Shown: positions 49,123 through 59,772 of the stretch, in pieces
Numbering within the stretch: position 1 is the stretch's first letter
Layout: each line of letters opens with the position of its first letter
NCBI GenBank assembly: GCA_032250835.1
Contig: JAVVEA010000013.1
Span: 5,662-69,661, forward strand
DNA from: a bacterium
GTDB taxonomy: Bacteria > SAR324 > XYD2-FULL-50-16
DNA: 64,000 nucleotides
Direction of reading: 5' to 3'
The notes under the pieces: generated by a model
Told to the model about the DNA's origin: nothing
The model's input: the letters and a program-made list of their open reading frames with translations, nothing else
The model's database searches: none
Position numbers and translations under genes: made by a program

Positions 49123-50946
49123 TTAGCGGGGTTCCGAGAACTGCTGGCTTAATAGACGGTAAAAATCCGGTGCCGAATAGGGTTTTCCTAAAAAGCCATC
49201 CATCCCCACCTGCTGACAGGTTTTTTGGTGTTCTTCGCTGACGTTGGCGGTGATGGCGAGGATCGGAACCTTCGGGTTTCCCGCTTGCCCGGCGCGGATC
49301 ATCCGGGTGGCCTCGATGCCGTCTAAAACCGGCATCTGTAGGTCCATTAAGACCAAATCCACCGCTTGGCGGCGCAACACCGATAAGGCTTCTTGGCCGT
49401 TAAGGGCGGTTTCGGTCAGCACTCCGCAGCGCTGTAGCAGTTTGACCGCAAGTTTAAGGTTCAGTTGGTTGTCTTCAACCACCAAAACCCGCTTGCCCGT
49501 CCAATCAGGGCGTTGGTCTAGTTCGCTCAAGACCGGGGCCGCTATCTGAGAGGCCTTAAAGGGCAAGCGGACCTCAAAGCGGCTTCCGCTGCCGAGTTGG
49601 CTCGTAACGGTAATGGAGCCGCCCATCCGGTCCACCAATTCTTTGGTGATCGCTAGCCCTAGCCCGGTGCCGCCGTACCGGCGCGTGATCGAGCCATCGC
49701 CTTGTTCAAAGGAATTGAAGATGGCGTCTAAGCGGTCTGGGGCGATGCCAATACCCGTATCGGTTACGCTAAAGATCAACAGCCAGTGCCCGCCGCGGTC
49801 TTCGCTTTGGGTTTCAAAAATCACCTGTCCCTGCTCGGTGAATTTTAGGGCGTTGGATAAGAGGTTGGATAAAATCTGGCGCAGCCGCAGCGCATCACCG
49901 CATAACATCTGGGGGAGGTCCGGGGCGAGCCGGACGTCCAGTTGGTTGTTACGTAACTGAGCTTGGGCGGCAAATCCTTGGGCGATGACTTGCAATTCTT
50001 CGCCTAAAGAAAAGTCCCGGTCTTCGATTTTAAGCCGCCCGGCCTCGATTTTTGAGAAATCGAGCAGGTCATTGATCAGCGTCAGGAGGCTACGGGATTG
50101 GTCGCTGATGATCTGTCCAAATTCTTCGGCCTGGGGGTTTAGTTTTTCTTGCAGTAATAGGTCGCTCATACCGATCACCGCATTGAGCGGTGTGCGGATC
50201 TCGTGGCTCATGTTGGCCAAGAACTCGCTTTTGATGCGGCTGGCCGCTTCGGCCCGGTCCTTGGCCCCCTGCAATTGATCCTCTGCGGCTTTGCGTTGCT
50301 CGATCTCGCTGGTTAGCGCTTGGTTGCTTTGCTCTAACCCTTCGGCCAGTTCTTCTTGGGCCAGTCCGGCGCGGTAGCTCCGGTCTAAGCTGTTGTGGAT
50401 CATCGAAGCCGACCGGATGACCATGAAAAAGAAGATCACTGAAAGACCGCCGAAGATGTTGGCAATCTGTAGCTTGTCGGACATCAACGCGAAGGAGGTG
50501 GGCAAGGCCACCAAGGGGAGATAGGAAAAAAAAGCGCGGCGGTGCACCGCCATAGCCGGGAGGCCCCCAGCGACGAGACCCAAGACCACCCAACCGATCA
50601 AAGAGGCATGATGCCAATCATCTGCTGGGTAATGGAAGAGGATCATATACCCCCAACCCGCCGCCGCCGAAGCGAGGGCGAGGCAATAGAGATTGAGGCG
50701 GTTTTCCATCAATTGATGGACCACAGGCAACTCAATTTTAAGCCGGTAGGAGGTGATCAGGCGGGCCAAGGTGGACAGTGACATATAGGCCAGCCACCAG
50801 ATCATTTGGCTCTGGCTGAGGATTTGGCGGAACATCACCGCAAAGACAAAGGCCACCAGCAGGTTGGCCAGGGCCGAACCAGCCGCCGGGCGTTGCAGTG
50901 CCCGCAAATGCAGGTTTAAGATTTTACTGGGGGTGTCGGGCGCCAT
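49123..50946 (-). CDS. Membrane hybrid histidine kinase (multi-TM-HisKA-HATPase-REC)
   Basis: MSHEIRTPLN, GDALRLRQIL.NLLSNALKFT, GGTGLGL, LMDLQMP. Confidence 0.93.
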   Translation of the reverse strand: MAPDTPSKILNLHLRALQRPAAGSALANLLVAFVFAVMFRQILSQSQMIWWLAYMSLSTLARLITSYRLKIELPVVHQLMENRLNLYCLALASAAAGWGYMILFHYPADDWHHASLIGWVVLGLVAGGLPAMAVHRRAFFSYLPLVALPTSFALMSDKLQIANIFGGLSVIFFFMVIRSASMIHNSLDRSYRAGLAQEELAEGLEQSNQALTSEIEQRKAAEDQLQGAKDRAEAASRIKSEFLANMSHEIRTPLNAVIGMSDLLLQEKLNPQAEEFGQIISDQSRSLLTLINDLLDFSKIEAGRLKIEDRDFSLGEELQVIAQGFAAQAQLRNNQLDVRLAPDLPQMLCGDALRLRQILSNLLSNALKFTEQGQVIFETQSEDRGGHWLLIFSVTDTGIGIAPDRLDAIFNSFEQGDGSITRRYGGTGLGLAITKELVDRMGGSITVTSQLGSGSRFEVRLPFKASQIAAPVLSELDQRPDWTGKRVLVVEDNQLNLKLAVKLLQRCGVLTETALNGQEALSVLRRQAVDLVLMDLQMPVLDGIEATRMIRAGQAGNPKVPILAITANVSEEHQKTCQQVGMDGFLGKPYSAPDFYRLLSQQFSEPR

Positions 50947-51069
50947 GATCTACTCAAAAATAGTTGATCCGGCTGAAATGCAAACGGGGGGCCTTTTGAG
51001 GGGGGAGGCCCCATTCTGCTGTTGGGCAGAGTTAAAGGGGGGCGCAAAGATAGGTTTTTTGAACTAGGC

Positions 51070-53196
51070 TCAGTCTTTAGACGGATCATATCTATAGAAT
51101 GTGCTTCCAACCGTTTTCGTATCAGTGATGTCGGTCATGCCACCAATAAGATAAATATAGGTCCCATCTCCCACACAGCCCATATCCGCCCGTGCTGCGG
51201 GCATGCTGGTTTTAGTGGAAAAGCTGCTGGTGCTGGTGTTGTACATTTCTACCGAAGAAATCACTGTTCCTGAGCTATTGACGCCTCCAAAGACATATAC
51301 GTTGTTGTTGTATACGCCCGAGCAGTGCCTATAGCGGGCGGTGCTGAGGGTGGCGTTGATCGTAGTCATCGAGGCGGCCCCGGGTGTATACCCTTCAACA
51401 CTGTCTAGGGCGGCGGAGGTTCCCATACCCCCGATTAGGTAGATAACGCTGGAAGCGTAGTCGGCAGTGTGCCACTTACGGGCCGTACTCAATACGGTAC
51501 CTGAGGTCGACCAACCAGCGGCAGTGTCATACAGCTTGATGGTTGTCACGGGCGTGGTGTTGGTTACAGCACCGCCAATGTAGTAAATCGTTGAACCCGT
51601 TCCCGGGTAGGTGAAGGTTCCCGCATAGCTGCTCGCTGCATTGGTGGTGGTAGCACAGTTGCTTAAGGTCGTGGTGCTGCTGCTGTATTGGCAGTTGGTG
51701 CTACCGGCCGTATTGTCTGCCGTACCGCCATATGCGTAGCCAATCGTCGTGCCGTTGGGTGCGGCGGCGCGCCACCAGGAACCAGCTGCTAAGGATGTAG
51801 CTAAAGTATTCCAGTTTGCATTGAGGAGATCGTAATACTGGATGGTCTGGTAAGCCGACTCGCTGGTGGCGTGGTATTGGATGCCTGGATAACAAAAAAT
51901 ACTGCCCCAGGTGCCCACCCCGCTGAGATAGACGCAGGAACCGCGGGCAAAACCAGTACCGGGGGCAGTTAGGCTAGAATAGACCGTGTTGGTGGTGAAG
52001 GTCGTGCCGGTATAGGTCGAGGCCAGTGCATTGCCCGAGGTGTCTTTGACGCTCGTACTGACTTCAACGTAATAGCCCGTGGTCTCTGACATTTGGGTCG
52101 ACAGGGTTGCCGTGAAGGTTTTGTTGCTGTTGCTAGCTGTAGGTGTGTTGCTGCTGAACGCAAGGCAAGTGCTATCGGACGATTTGCGCAGCCGGATGGT
52201 ACCGCTGGAGCAGTTGCCCGAGTTGTCTGCTGTTACGGTGGTGGTGTCCATAGCTTCACTGAATACCACGGAAACGCTGGTGGTAGATGGAGCGATAGCC
52301 GCATTGGGACTGACGCTGGAGACTGTTGGAGCCGTACCGTCTGCTGTTTGGAAACCTATCGAATCCGTATAATCACTTGCCAAAGCATTACTTGAGGCGT
52401 CCTTGGCAGCAGTAGTAACTTTAATATAATATTGCGTTAGACTGGACAGGTTTGCCGCCGGAGTTGCCGTAAAGGTTTTGAGATCGCTTGAAGCGCTCAC
52501 TGAAGAACTCATGGCGACACAAGTGGCAAAAGTACTGGAACTGCTCAGCTGGATGCTACCCGAACAGGTGGTGCTGGTCCCTGTGGTGATCGTCGAAGCG
52601 GTCATTGCTTCGTTGAAAGTTATTTGGATACTGGTGCTAATCGCAATACTAGTCGCCGAAGCGGCGGGGCTGGTGCTGGATACGGTTGGCGCGGTGGTGT
52701 CCGCCTCGGACCCGGTGGTGAAGCCGGTGGCGGTGGTGAACGCCCTGGCGAGGGTATTGCCCGCCGAGTCGGTGGCCCCGGTAGTCACTTTGATTTTATA
52801 GGTAGTGGAGTATCCCAGGTTGCTTGTAGGTGTTAGGGTATAGGTTATTTTATCAGTGCTGGCGGAGACCGTAGAGATGGGAACGCAGGTGGCGAAGCTG
52901 TCGGAACTTAGTTGAATACTACCAGTACAGCTATTGTCACTAGTTGAGGTAATGCTGGAGTCGTTCATGGCCTCACTAAAGACCACTTGCACCGTAGTAT
53001 TGATCGATATCGAGCTGGCGGCATTGGCCGGTACAGTTGAACTGACCGTAGGGGCGGTGGTGTCTGTGGTGGCCGGGGCCCCTTCCTCGATGGGCGCGCT
53101 GTCTAGGGTGGTGCTGTCTAGGCTCTGGCCGCCGCAGCCGACTAGGGTCAATAGGCTAAGGGCCAGGAACAAGTTTTTTGGTTGGAATCGACTCAT
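51070..53196 (-). CDS. Thr/Ser-rich surface lipoprotein with three Ig-like (Big_5-type) repeats and a C-terminal Kelch propeller
   Basis: Lipobox LVGC; three (D)TAPTVSS..P...FSEAM repeats; Kelch repeats (IYLIGG..VEGY, VYVFGG..VEMYN, FYRYDP). Confidence 0.85.
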   Translation of the reverse strand: MSRFQPKNLFLALSLLTLVGCGGQSLDSTTLDSAPIEEGAPATTDTTAPTVSSTVPANAASSISINTTVQVVFSEAMNDSSITSTSDNSCTGSIQLSSDSFATCVPISTVSASTDKITYTLTPTSNLGYSTTYKIKVTTGATDSAGNTLARAFTTATGFTTGSEADTTAPTVSSTSPAASATSIAISTSIQITFNEAMTASTITTGTSTTCSGSIQLSSSSTFATCVAMSSSVSASSDLKTFTATPAANLSSLTQYYIKVTTAAKDASSNALASDYTDSIGFQTADGTAPTVSSVSPNAAIAPSTTSVSVVFSEAMDTTTVTADNSGNCSSGTIRLRKSSDSTCLAFSSNTPTASNSNKTFTATLSTQMSETTGYYVEVSTSVKDTSGNALASTYTGTTFTTNTVYSSLTAPGTGFARGSCVYLSGVGTWGSIFCYPGIQYHATSESAYQTIQYYDLLNANWNTLATSLAAGSWWRAAAPNGTTIGYAYGGTADNTAGSTNCQYSSSTTTLSNCATTTNAASSYAGTFTYPGTGSTIYYIGGAVTNTTPVTTIKLYDTAAGWSTSGTVLSTARKWHTADYASSVIYLIGGMGTSAALDSVEGYTPGAASMTTINATLSTARYRHCSGVYNNNVYVFGGVNSSGTVISSVEMYNTSTSSFSTKTSMPAARADMGCVGDGTYIYLIGGMTDITDTKTVGSTFYRYDPSKD

Positions 53197-53206
53197 ATCC
53201 GCTACC

Positions 53207-54475
53207 CTAGAAGGACCAATTAAGATGTAAACTGGGTTTTTCCACGCCCGGCATCAAGGCAAATTGCCATTGGCGGGCCGGTGGGGCTCCGGCGGCGACC
53301 GCGCTGGGTCCCGAAAACAGCAAATAGCCTTCCCAAAGGGCGAAGACAACCGTCAAGGCGTCATAGGTTTGGACCTGCTGCTTCAAGCTGGTCATCTGGC
53401 TGGCATTGCTGTCGTATTTGGTTTTGAGGGTAGACCGCTCGGTGGTGCTGCTGCTGGCGTCGTATTGGGTCTTTAGGTCCTGCTGGTCGGTTGCCAAGGT
53501 ATTGTACTGGCTGGCCGTATTGACCGAAAGGACGGCGGCCCCCAGGGCCCCGCCAGTGGCCACTAGATGCCAAAACACCCCGCCCGATTGGCGCTCAGAG
53601 GAGCGTAGCGTCGGGGCTTCGGCTGCCGCAGCGTTTGCGGCCTTGGTACCCGTCAGCTCGTGGGCTAAGGTCTCTAAAGCAAGGTCCAAGCTAGCCAAGT
53701 TGCCGTTGTGGCGTACTGTCTTGCTGGTCAGGATGGCCCCATTTTGGATGTCCATCACCTTCGAAGACAACATATATTTGCTTTCGGAAAGCTTAAAGAG
53801 GCTGGTACTGATCACCCGGTCTACGCCCAACTGTTCGCCGATGATGGTGGCACATTCGTCGCGGGTACAGCCGTAGGCCTTTTGGACTTGGTCGGGGTCC
53901 ATTTTGTCGACGTCCGCCGAACTGGCCAGTTTGATTGCATGGGTGCTGGCCAAGGCGGCACGGAAGAGGTCTGAATAGGCCTTAGTTTGGTCGCGGGTCA
54001 GGTATTCGGCCTCAATGTCCAAGACGGCAACCAAAGATTCCTGGCGGGTTTTTTCGGTTTCGAAAACGCCTTCGGCCTGGGCGATGACCTCACCGTTCAG
54101 GCCGTTTAAGGCGGCGATGCGCAGGGTGGTGGACTCGCCTTTTTGCTCATATTGTCCCTTGACCACCAGCGCCTTGATCAGGTTCACCCCGTTCAGGGCT
54201 TCGGACAAAAAGACCAGCCTGAACTCAGGGAAGCTCCGCTCTAAAGCCAGATACAGCTCGGTCTCGATTTTTTTGGCCGTCTGGTCGGTCTTTTGGTTGT
54301 GTAGGTTGACCACCTGGATGATGATCGCCCGCTCAGCGTGTTTGGCAATCTTCGGCTTGGCGCGGAGTTCTTCGGCCATATCGGCCACCGCGTCTTTTAT
54401 ATCCGCAGCCCAGAGGGGCGAGCCCAAAAGGCAGCTGATAAATAGAGGGAGGATCCAGCGCAAAGGCTTAGCCAC
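53207..54475 (-). CDS. Secreted protein with CsgG/FlgO/TolB-N-like domains and a C-terminal membrane segment
   Basis: Signal peptide; VAVLD...GCTRDECATIIGEQLGVD motif; hydrophobic-coil-hydrophobic tail ending WSF. Confidence 0.65.
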   Translation of the reverse strand: MAKPLRWILPLFISCLLGSPLWAADIKDAVADMAEELRAKPKIAKHAERAIIIQVVNLHNQKTDQTAKKIETELYLALERSFPEFRLVFLSEALNGVNLIKALVVKGQYEQKGESTTLRIAALNGLNGEVIAQAEGVFETEKTRQESLVAVLDIEAEYLTRDQTKAYSDLFRAALASTHAIKLASSADVDKMDPDQVQKAYGCTRDECATIIGEQLGVDRVISTSLFKLSESKYMLSSKVMDIQNGAILTSKTVRHNGNLASLDLALETLAHELTGTKAANAAAAEAPTLRSSERQSGGVFWHLVATGGALGAAVLSVNTASQYNTLATDQQDLKTQYDASSSTTERSTLKTKYDSNASQMTSLKQQVQTYDALTVVFALWEGYLLFSGPSAVAAGAPPARQWQFALMPGVEKPSLHLNWSF

Positions 54476-54482
54476 GGGTACC

Positions 54483-55064
54483 CTAGAGTAACTGGTTGAT
54501 TTGATCAGTCAAAACTTTTTCTAAGTCGTCGTGGAACCCATGCAGTTCCATGGCGATTTTGCCCTCTTTGTCGATCACCACGATCCGCGGTAAGCTATAG
54601 ACCTTATACTTACGGATGGCGTCGCGCTGGTTGGGCATCAACATGGGCAGGTCGATCTTCTTTTTGGCAATGAAGCGGGTCATGTCGGCGTCGCTGATCT
54701 CGGTATCTACGTTGACGTAAATCAGCTTGGCGTTTTTGCCCTCAAAGCTTTGGGCGATCCGGTTATAAGTGGGGATCTCGCGGATACAGGGGACGCAACT
54801 GGTGGAGAAAAAGTTGAGCACCAATACATTACGGGTCACTTCGGGCACATACTTGCCGTCCACTTCGATCAACTTACCCTGGGCATCTTTTTTAAAGCCA
54901 AACTCGGCCATCAACTGACGCATCTTCAAGAGGCCGTTTCCCTGGGCCTGTTGCCCTGAAAGCTGCGGGGCCACTTGGCCAACCATGGACTCACTTTTGG
55001 GGGCCGCCCAAATCGCTGGGCTGCATAAAAAAGTGGCAACAAAGAGGGTAAGGATGAATTTCAT
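54483..55064 (-). CDS. TlpA-family thiol:disulfide oxidoreductase
   Basis: Signal peptide; LNFFSTSCVPCIREIP; YSLPRIVVIDKEG. Confidence 0.88.
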   Translation of the reverse strand: MKFILTLFVATFLCSPAIWAAPKSESMVGQVAPQLSGQQAQGNGLLKMRQLMAEFGFKKDAQGKLIEVDGKYVPEVTRNVLVLNFFSTSCVPCIREIPTYNRIAQSFEGKNAKLIYVNVDTEISDADMTRFIAKKKIDLPMLMPNQRDAIRKYKVYSLPRIVVIDKEGKIAMELHGFHDDLEKVLTDQINQLL

Positions 55065-55087
55065 GTATTTTCAGTCTAGGGTTTGGG

Positions 55088-55735
55088 TCAACAATTAGTG
55101 CAGCCAATCTTGCTGCCCGCCGCTTCCTCGGTGCTTAATTGCTTTCCGGCTATCTCGACGCCTTCTAAGATGTCTCCGGCAATATCCCGCAGGGGCATGA
55201 TCTCCCCGGCGGGGCCAATCGCTCCCTCTTTGCCCGCGGGCACGTCAATATCCTGTTGGGTTTTTAAGGAGCGTAAGAAGACCAACCCTTTAAAGGTGGC
55301 TACTCGGGTTTCTGCCCCCGGCGCGTCGGCGACGAAGTCGGTGCCTTTGACGCCGATCACCGCACTGACCGTGCGGACCCGGAAGTTTTTGTCCTGGCGT
55401 TTATTGACCAAAGCCCGCAACTTACCGACCAGATTGAGCTCAATCTTCCAGTTTTGGCCCTCAGGTTCGGCTGAAACCGTTAGCTGCGAGTTGGGCCCTA
55501 AAAAGGTGACGTCCCCATTCTCGAAGGTCAGTTTGGCGCGTCCCGAAGGGCCCGTTTCGATACGGTCCCCGTTGGTCAGCGGCGTTTCTATCTGCCGCAA
55601 ATCGGTCAGTTTCCCTGCCCGGTCCAGGGTGACGCTCTTGTCTAAAAGATAGAGCGTCGCCACGGGGTTTAAAGCCGAAGCGGAAAGGGGCCAACAGAGC
55701 AAAAGGCAAATCCAGAGCAGAGAGCTTATTTTCAT
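55088..55735 (-). CDS. FecR-domain secreted protein
   Basis: Signal peptide; GDRIETG..GRAKL.F..G, LGPNS, VRTVSAVIGVKGTDF. Confidence 0.85.
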   Translation of the reverse strand: MKISSLLWICLLLCWPLSASALNPVATLYLLDKSVTLDRAGKLTDLRQIETPLTNGDRIETGPSGRAKLTFENGDVTFLGPNSQLTVSAEPEGQNWKIELNLVGKLRALVNKRQDKNFRVRTVSAVIGVKGTDFVADAPGAETRVATFKGLVFLRSLKTQQDIDVPAGKEGAIGPAGEIMPLRDIAGDILEGVEIAGKQLSTEEAAGSKIGCTNC

Positions 55736-55842
55736 GGGTACCAGTGGTTTGGTTTCGGCCATGCCTATCAAATTCCGGTGATTTTGTCCAAAATCTTTTG
55801 GGCCTCGTCCTTCCCGGTAAGGTCATTGCGGGCGAGATGCAA

Positions 55843-58317
55843 TTAACTAAAAAATTGATCTAACGAAGTCTTTAGATCATCAAAGCGGATTGGCTTATGT
55901 AAAACCTGGTCAATGCCCGCATCGGTGACGGTGCTGTCGTTGGGGGCGGTGACCCGGGCGGTAACGGCGACGATAGGAATCCTTCGCAGTCCTTCTTCGG
56001 TTTCAAAGGCACGGATGCGGCGGGTCGCCTCTAACCCGTCGATCACCGGCATCAATCAATCCATCAAGATCAGATCAAACCGGTCTTTGGCGAAGCGGTC
56101 CAGGGCTTCGGCCCCATTGCCGGCAATCACCGGATGGGCCCCGTAGGTTTTGACCATCTTTTCTAAAACGATCTGATTGACCCGGTCATCCTCGGCGATC
56201 AAGACCCTGCGTTGTTTTGGTGCCTTCACTTCGGTGCTGTGCGGCTGGGCGCTTAGGTCCTCGGTGATCGTCGGGGTGGGTTGGTCTGGATCGGCTAGGT
56301 CGAATTGCAGCCTTACCCAAAACCGACTCCCCACTCCCGGTTCGCTCTCGAGCCCCATGGTGCCGCCTAAGATATGGACCAACCGTTGCGCTAGCGACAA
56401 CCCCAATCCAGTTCCGCCGAAGCGGCGCGTACTGGAAGAGTCAATTTGGGTGAAGGCGTCAAAAATCTTCTCTTGCCGGTCTAAGGGGATGCCAATACCG
56501 GTGTCTTCGACCTCGAACAACAGGGCTACTTGGTCGTTTTCACTAGGCTCCTGGCGGACTTTTAGGCTGACCTGGCCTTGGTGGGTGAATTTGATCGCAT
56601 TGCCCAACAGGTTCGAGAGAATCTGGTTGACCCGGGGCGCATCGCCCATCAGGCGGCCCAGCTCGGCTGGGGGCGGCTCAAACAGAAAAGACAGGCCTTT
56701 TACCTCCGCACTAGCGCGGAACAGCATGGAGAGATTGTTGCACAGGTCCAATAGGTTGAACTCGGCGAGCTCAGCGGCAAGGCTGTGTTGCTCAATGCGG
56801 TTGATGTCTAAGATGTCGCTTAAGATGGTTAACAGGCCGTTACCGGAGCTTAAGATGATCTTTAACTGTTCGCGCCGCTCGGTATCTTCTTCTTCGTAGA
56901 GCATCAATTGGCTCATCCCTAACATGCCGTTGAGCGGGGTCCGTAGCTCGTGGCTCATGATCGCCAAGAAGTTGGACTTCGCCTGACTGGCCGCCTCGGC
57001 CCTTTCTTTGGCTTGGATCAGTTGGTTTTCCATTTCTTTGCGGTCGCTGATGTCCAAACCAAAGCCCAAGACCATCAGGTCCTCAGTTTCAGGCAGTTTG
57101 ATCAAGCGTTTGCCCGTCAAAATGAATTTTGTTTGACCCTGAAAGATCAGTTCCCGTTCGTGGTTCAAGGGACCTTGGCCGCTAAGGATCAGCTTGTCTT
57201 CTTCTTGGTTGGCTCGGGCTATTTCACCGGGGAATAGATCTAAGTCCGTCAGCCCGACCAATTCGTCCTTGCTGCGGCCAAACGTCTTGGCGGTCTGTTC
57301 GCTGGTCATCAGAAACCGACCTTCGGCATCTTTTAAAAAGACGTTGATGGGCAGCGCGTCCAGCACGGTCTCGGTCAAAGCCCGTTGCTGGTAAAGGGCT
57401 TGCTGGGTGCGGGTTTGCTCTTCGATGCGTTTGTGTAGTTCTTCGTCGGACAGCTCCAACTCGCGGCTTTGTTGGTCTAATAGGGATTTTAACTGGTCGC
57501 GGTGTTTTTCGGTCTCTAAGCTGCTGGCTTGCAACTGGTGGAACAACAACCCAAAGGGGTTGCGGAGTCCTTCGGCGACGACGGCGCGGAAGACCAACAA
57601 CACAGCCAACAGCTTGAGCAGATGACCGATTAGGTTAGGTAGGTCCGAGGCGGTCTGGTAGACCGTCAAGGCCAATTCGCTTAGCGCGGTGGCCACGATA
57701 GCGGCGGCCATCAAACGAAAAGTGTTGGGTGGAAAACTCTGCCGGAAACGCCAAAGACCTAGGCCCCCCAACAGCATCACCGCCGCTATCAAATATTCAA
57801 CGTAAATTTTAAAAGGCGTCAGTCCTTGGCCCGAAACCCAACAGGTCGGGAACCATCCGGAACCTAAAATCCCTTCAAGCAGCAAACCCGAAACCAAGGC
57901 GAACAGGAAAAAGGTCCAATAGGGCCGCACCCGATAGATCACAAACAGTGGGGCCGCGGCCAGGGTGAAGGCCTGAATCCCGCGCGCAGCAATCCAAACT
58001 TGAACCGTCGGGTTGAGGCCGCCCAACTCGGTCCAGGTGCTCATGCCGGGAAAGATCAGGGTGTGGATCATGTCCAACAGCCCGCTAAAGAGGTAGCCGA
58101 TCCCTAAAAAGAGCAGGAAGTCGAATTTGACCAGATCGCGGGTGTGCCAGGCGAGCACAAAGACGCAGAAGGAAACCAATACGCTGAAAGTCTCCACGAG
58201 ACTATGGAAGATCAGAAAATCTGCCCAACTGACGGCCGTCGCCAAGGCGAGCATCAGCAGGCTGATCAACCAAGTTCCCCAGAGGGATCGGTTCGAGGAG
58301 AAGTCCGGTGGGTTCAT
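55843..58317 (-). CDS. Hybrid histidine kinase (MASE3-like TM-PAS-HisKA-HATPase-REC) interrupted by an in-frame TGA at 56056-56058
   Basis: FHSLVETFSV, LLDMIHTL, MSHELRTPLN, NAIKFT; REC reads FDLILMD*LMPVIDGLEATRRIR...AVTA...KP in a single frame. Confidence 0.88.
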
Positions 58318-58929
58318 AAAGGTACCTGAGCAATTAGTGAGCTAGCCTACCAAGAGGCTATAGGGTTGCCCAGAAAAAAGTGGTCACACCTTAGGTAGAT
58401 CAGGGGCGCAAGAAAGGCGATAGTTATCAGGACATACCCCCTCCATTTGGCCGCCAATATTTCCTATAATTTTAGAGTATTTAGGTCAAGTCGTACCGTA
58501 ATTGCGCTGTTTTAAGGACGTTTTTGCGCCTGTACCTAAAGGGGGTATGCTCGAAGAACCTATATATGATGCCAGTTGCGGATAAAACCCCGTGTTTTCT
58601 GTGGCACCCAGCCCTCTTGGCGGCCAGGGCTCCCAAAATTTTTAGGTAGCGAGAGCCCAGGATATTTACCGGAAGCTGATCTGGTAACTAGGCCTGCGGT
58701 AACCCGTCGGCGGGTGTTGTATCCTGCTGAAAAAGGCCCTTCCCTTAACAGGAACCCAACCCTACCGGTCCTTTGGTGCCTAAGGAGTCATTTTTGTTCG
58801 ATTATTGGGCCTGGATTTTTGAGTTTCCCCGCTACCGCTTGTCTTCTTATGCCCCAGGGGGAATTTGGGGCAGCCATTGTCCGACTGGATCAGGAGGCGT
58901 AGATTCAAGGTCATTACCCCACAGGAGTT

Positions 58930-59733
58930 ATGTACCAAAACCTGCACACCCACACCTCCTTGTGCCATCACGCGGTCGGCAAACCGGTGGATATGGCTAA
59001 AGTCGCCGTCGCTGCGGGGGCTACTTGCTTAGGCATCTCGGACCATGCCGCCCTGCCCGACGACCGGTGGCTGGATGTGCGGATGGAGTACGCCCAACTG
59101 CCGCTCTATGAACAATGGATTGAAGAAGCCCGGCAGGCCTACCCCCAGCTGAACCTGCTTAAGGGGTTTGAGGCCGAGGGCGACCCGGCACTTTTTGGTT
59201 ATTACCGTGATCTGCTGGAAGGGCGGGGTTTTGATTATCTGGTCGGTGCCGGGCATTACCTCTCTCTTGAGGGGCAGTGGCGCTCCAGCTTTTCTTACCT
59301 GCAAGATGGGCCTAGCCTGAAGAACTATGTGAAACAGTTGGTGGGGATGATGGAGTCCGGGCTTTTTGCTTTCATCGCCCACCCCGACCTTTTTGGCTGC
59401 GGTTTTTCTGCCTGGAACGCAGACCTAGCTGCCGCCAGCGCCGATATCGCCCAGGTCTCTAAGGCCCTAGGCGTGCCCTTGGAAATCAACGGCAACGGTT
59501 GGCGCAAATTGCCGGTCTCTGGAGCCGAGGGCCCCAGAGCACCCTACCCCTGGGTTCCTTTTTGGGAGGTCTGCGCAAGCCACCAAGCCCCGGTAGTGGT
59601 CAACTCCGATGCCCACCGGCCCGAAGAATTATTTCATGGAATCGAACGGGGGCGGCAGTTGGCCTCCCAGTTAGGTTTACCCCTCTGGGACGCCACCGAT
59701 CTGGGATTGGCAAAAACCAAAAAAATGGGCTAG
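58930..59733 (+). CDS. PHP-family histidinol-phosphatase (HisJ-like)
   Basis: NLHTHT..CHHA, ISDH, GFEAE, AHPD, LEIN, NSDAH; AGGAG RBS. Confidence 0.88.
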   Translation: MYQNLHTHTSLCHHAVGKPVDMAKVAVAAGATCLGISDHAALPDDRWLDVRMEYAQLPLYEQWIEEARQAYPQLNLLKGFEAEGDPALFGYYRDLLEGRGFDYLVGAGHYLSLEGQWRSSFSYLQDGPSLKNYVKQLVGMMESGLFAFIAHPDLFGCGFSAWNADLAAASADIAQVSKALGVPLEINGNGWRKLPVSGAEGPRAPYPWVPFWEVCASHQAPVVVNSDAHRPEELFHGIERGRQLASQLGLPLWDATDLGLAKTKKMG

Positions 59734-59772
59734 GCTCCGGCAATTAACCTAATACCTTTGCCGGTCCCCAAC

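Noticed and set aside
55843-58317. Genome-wide UGA reassignment (code 4 or 25) as the explanation for the in-frame TGA
   Set aside because: TGA terminates many conserved genes at their expected ends (cas3, cas7, aceE, dsrP), and no other gene shows an internal TGA
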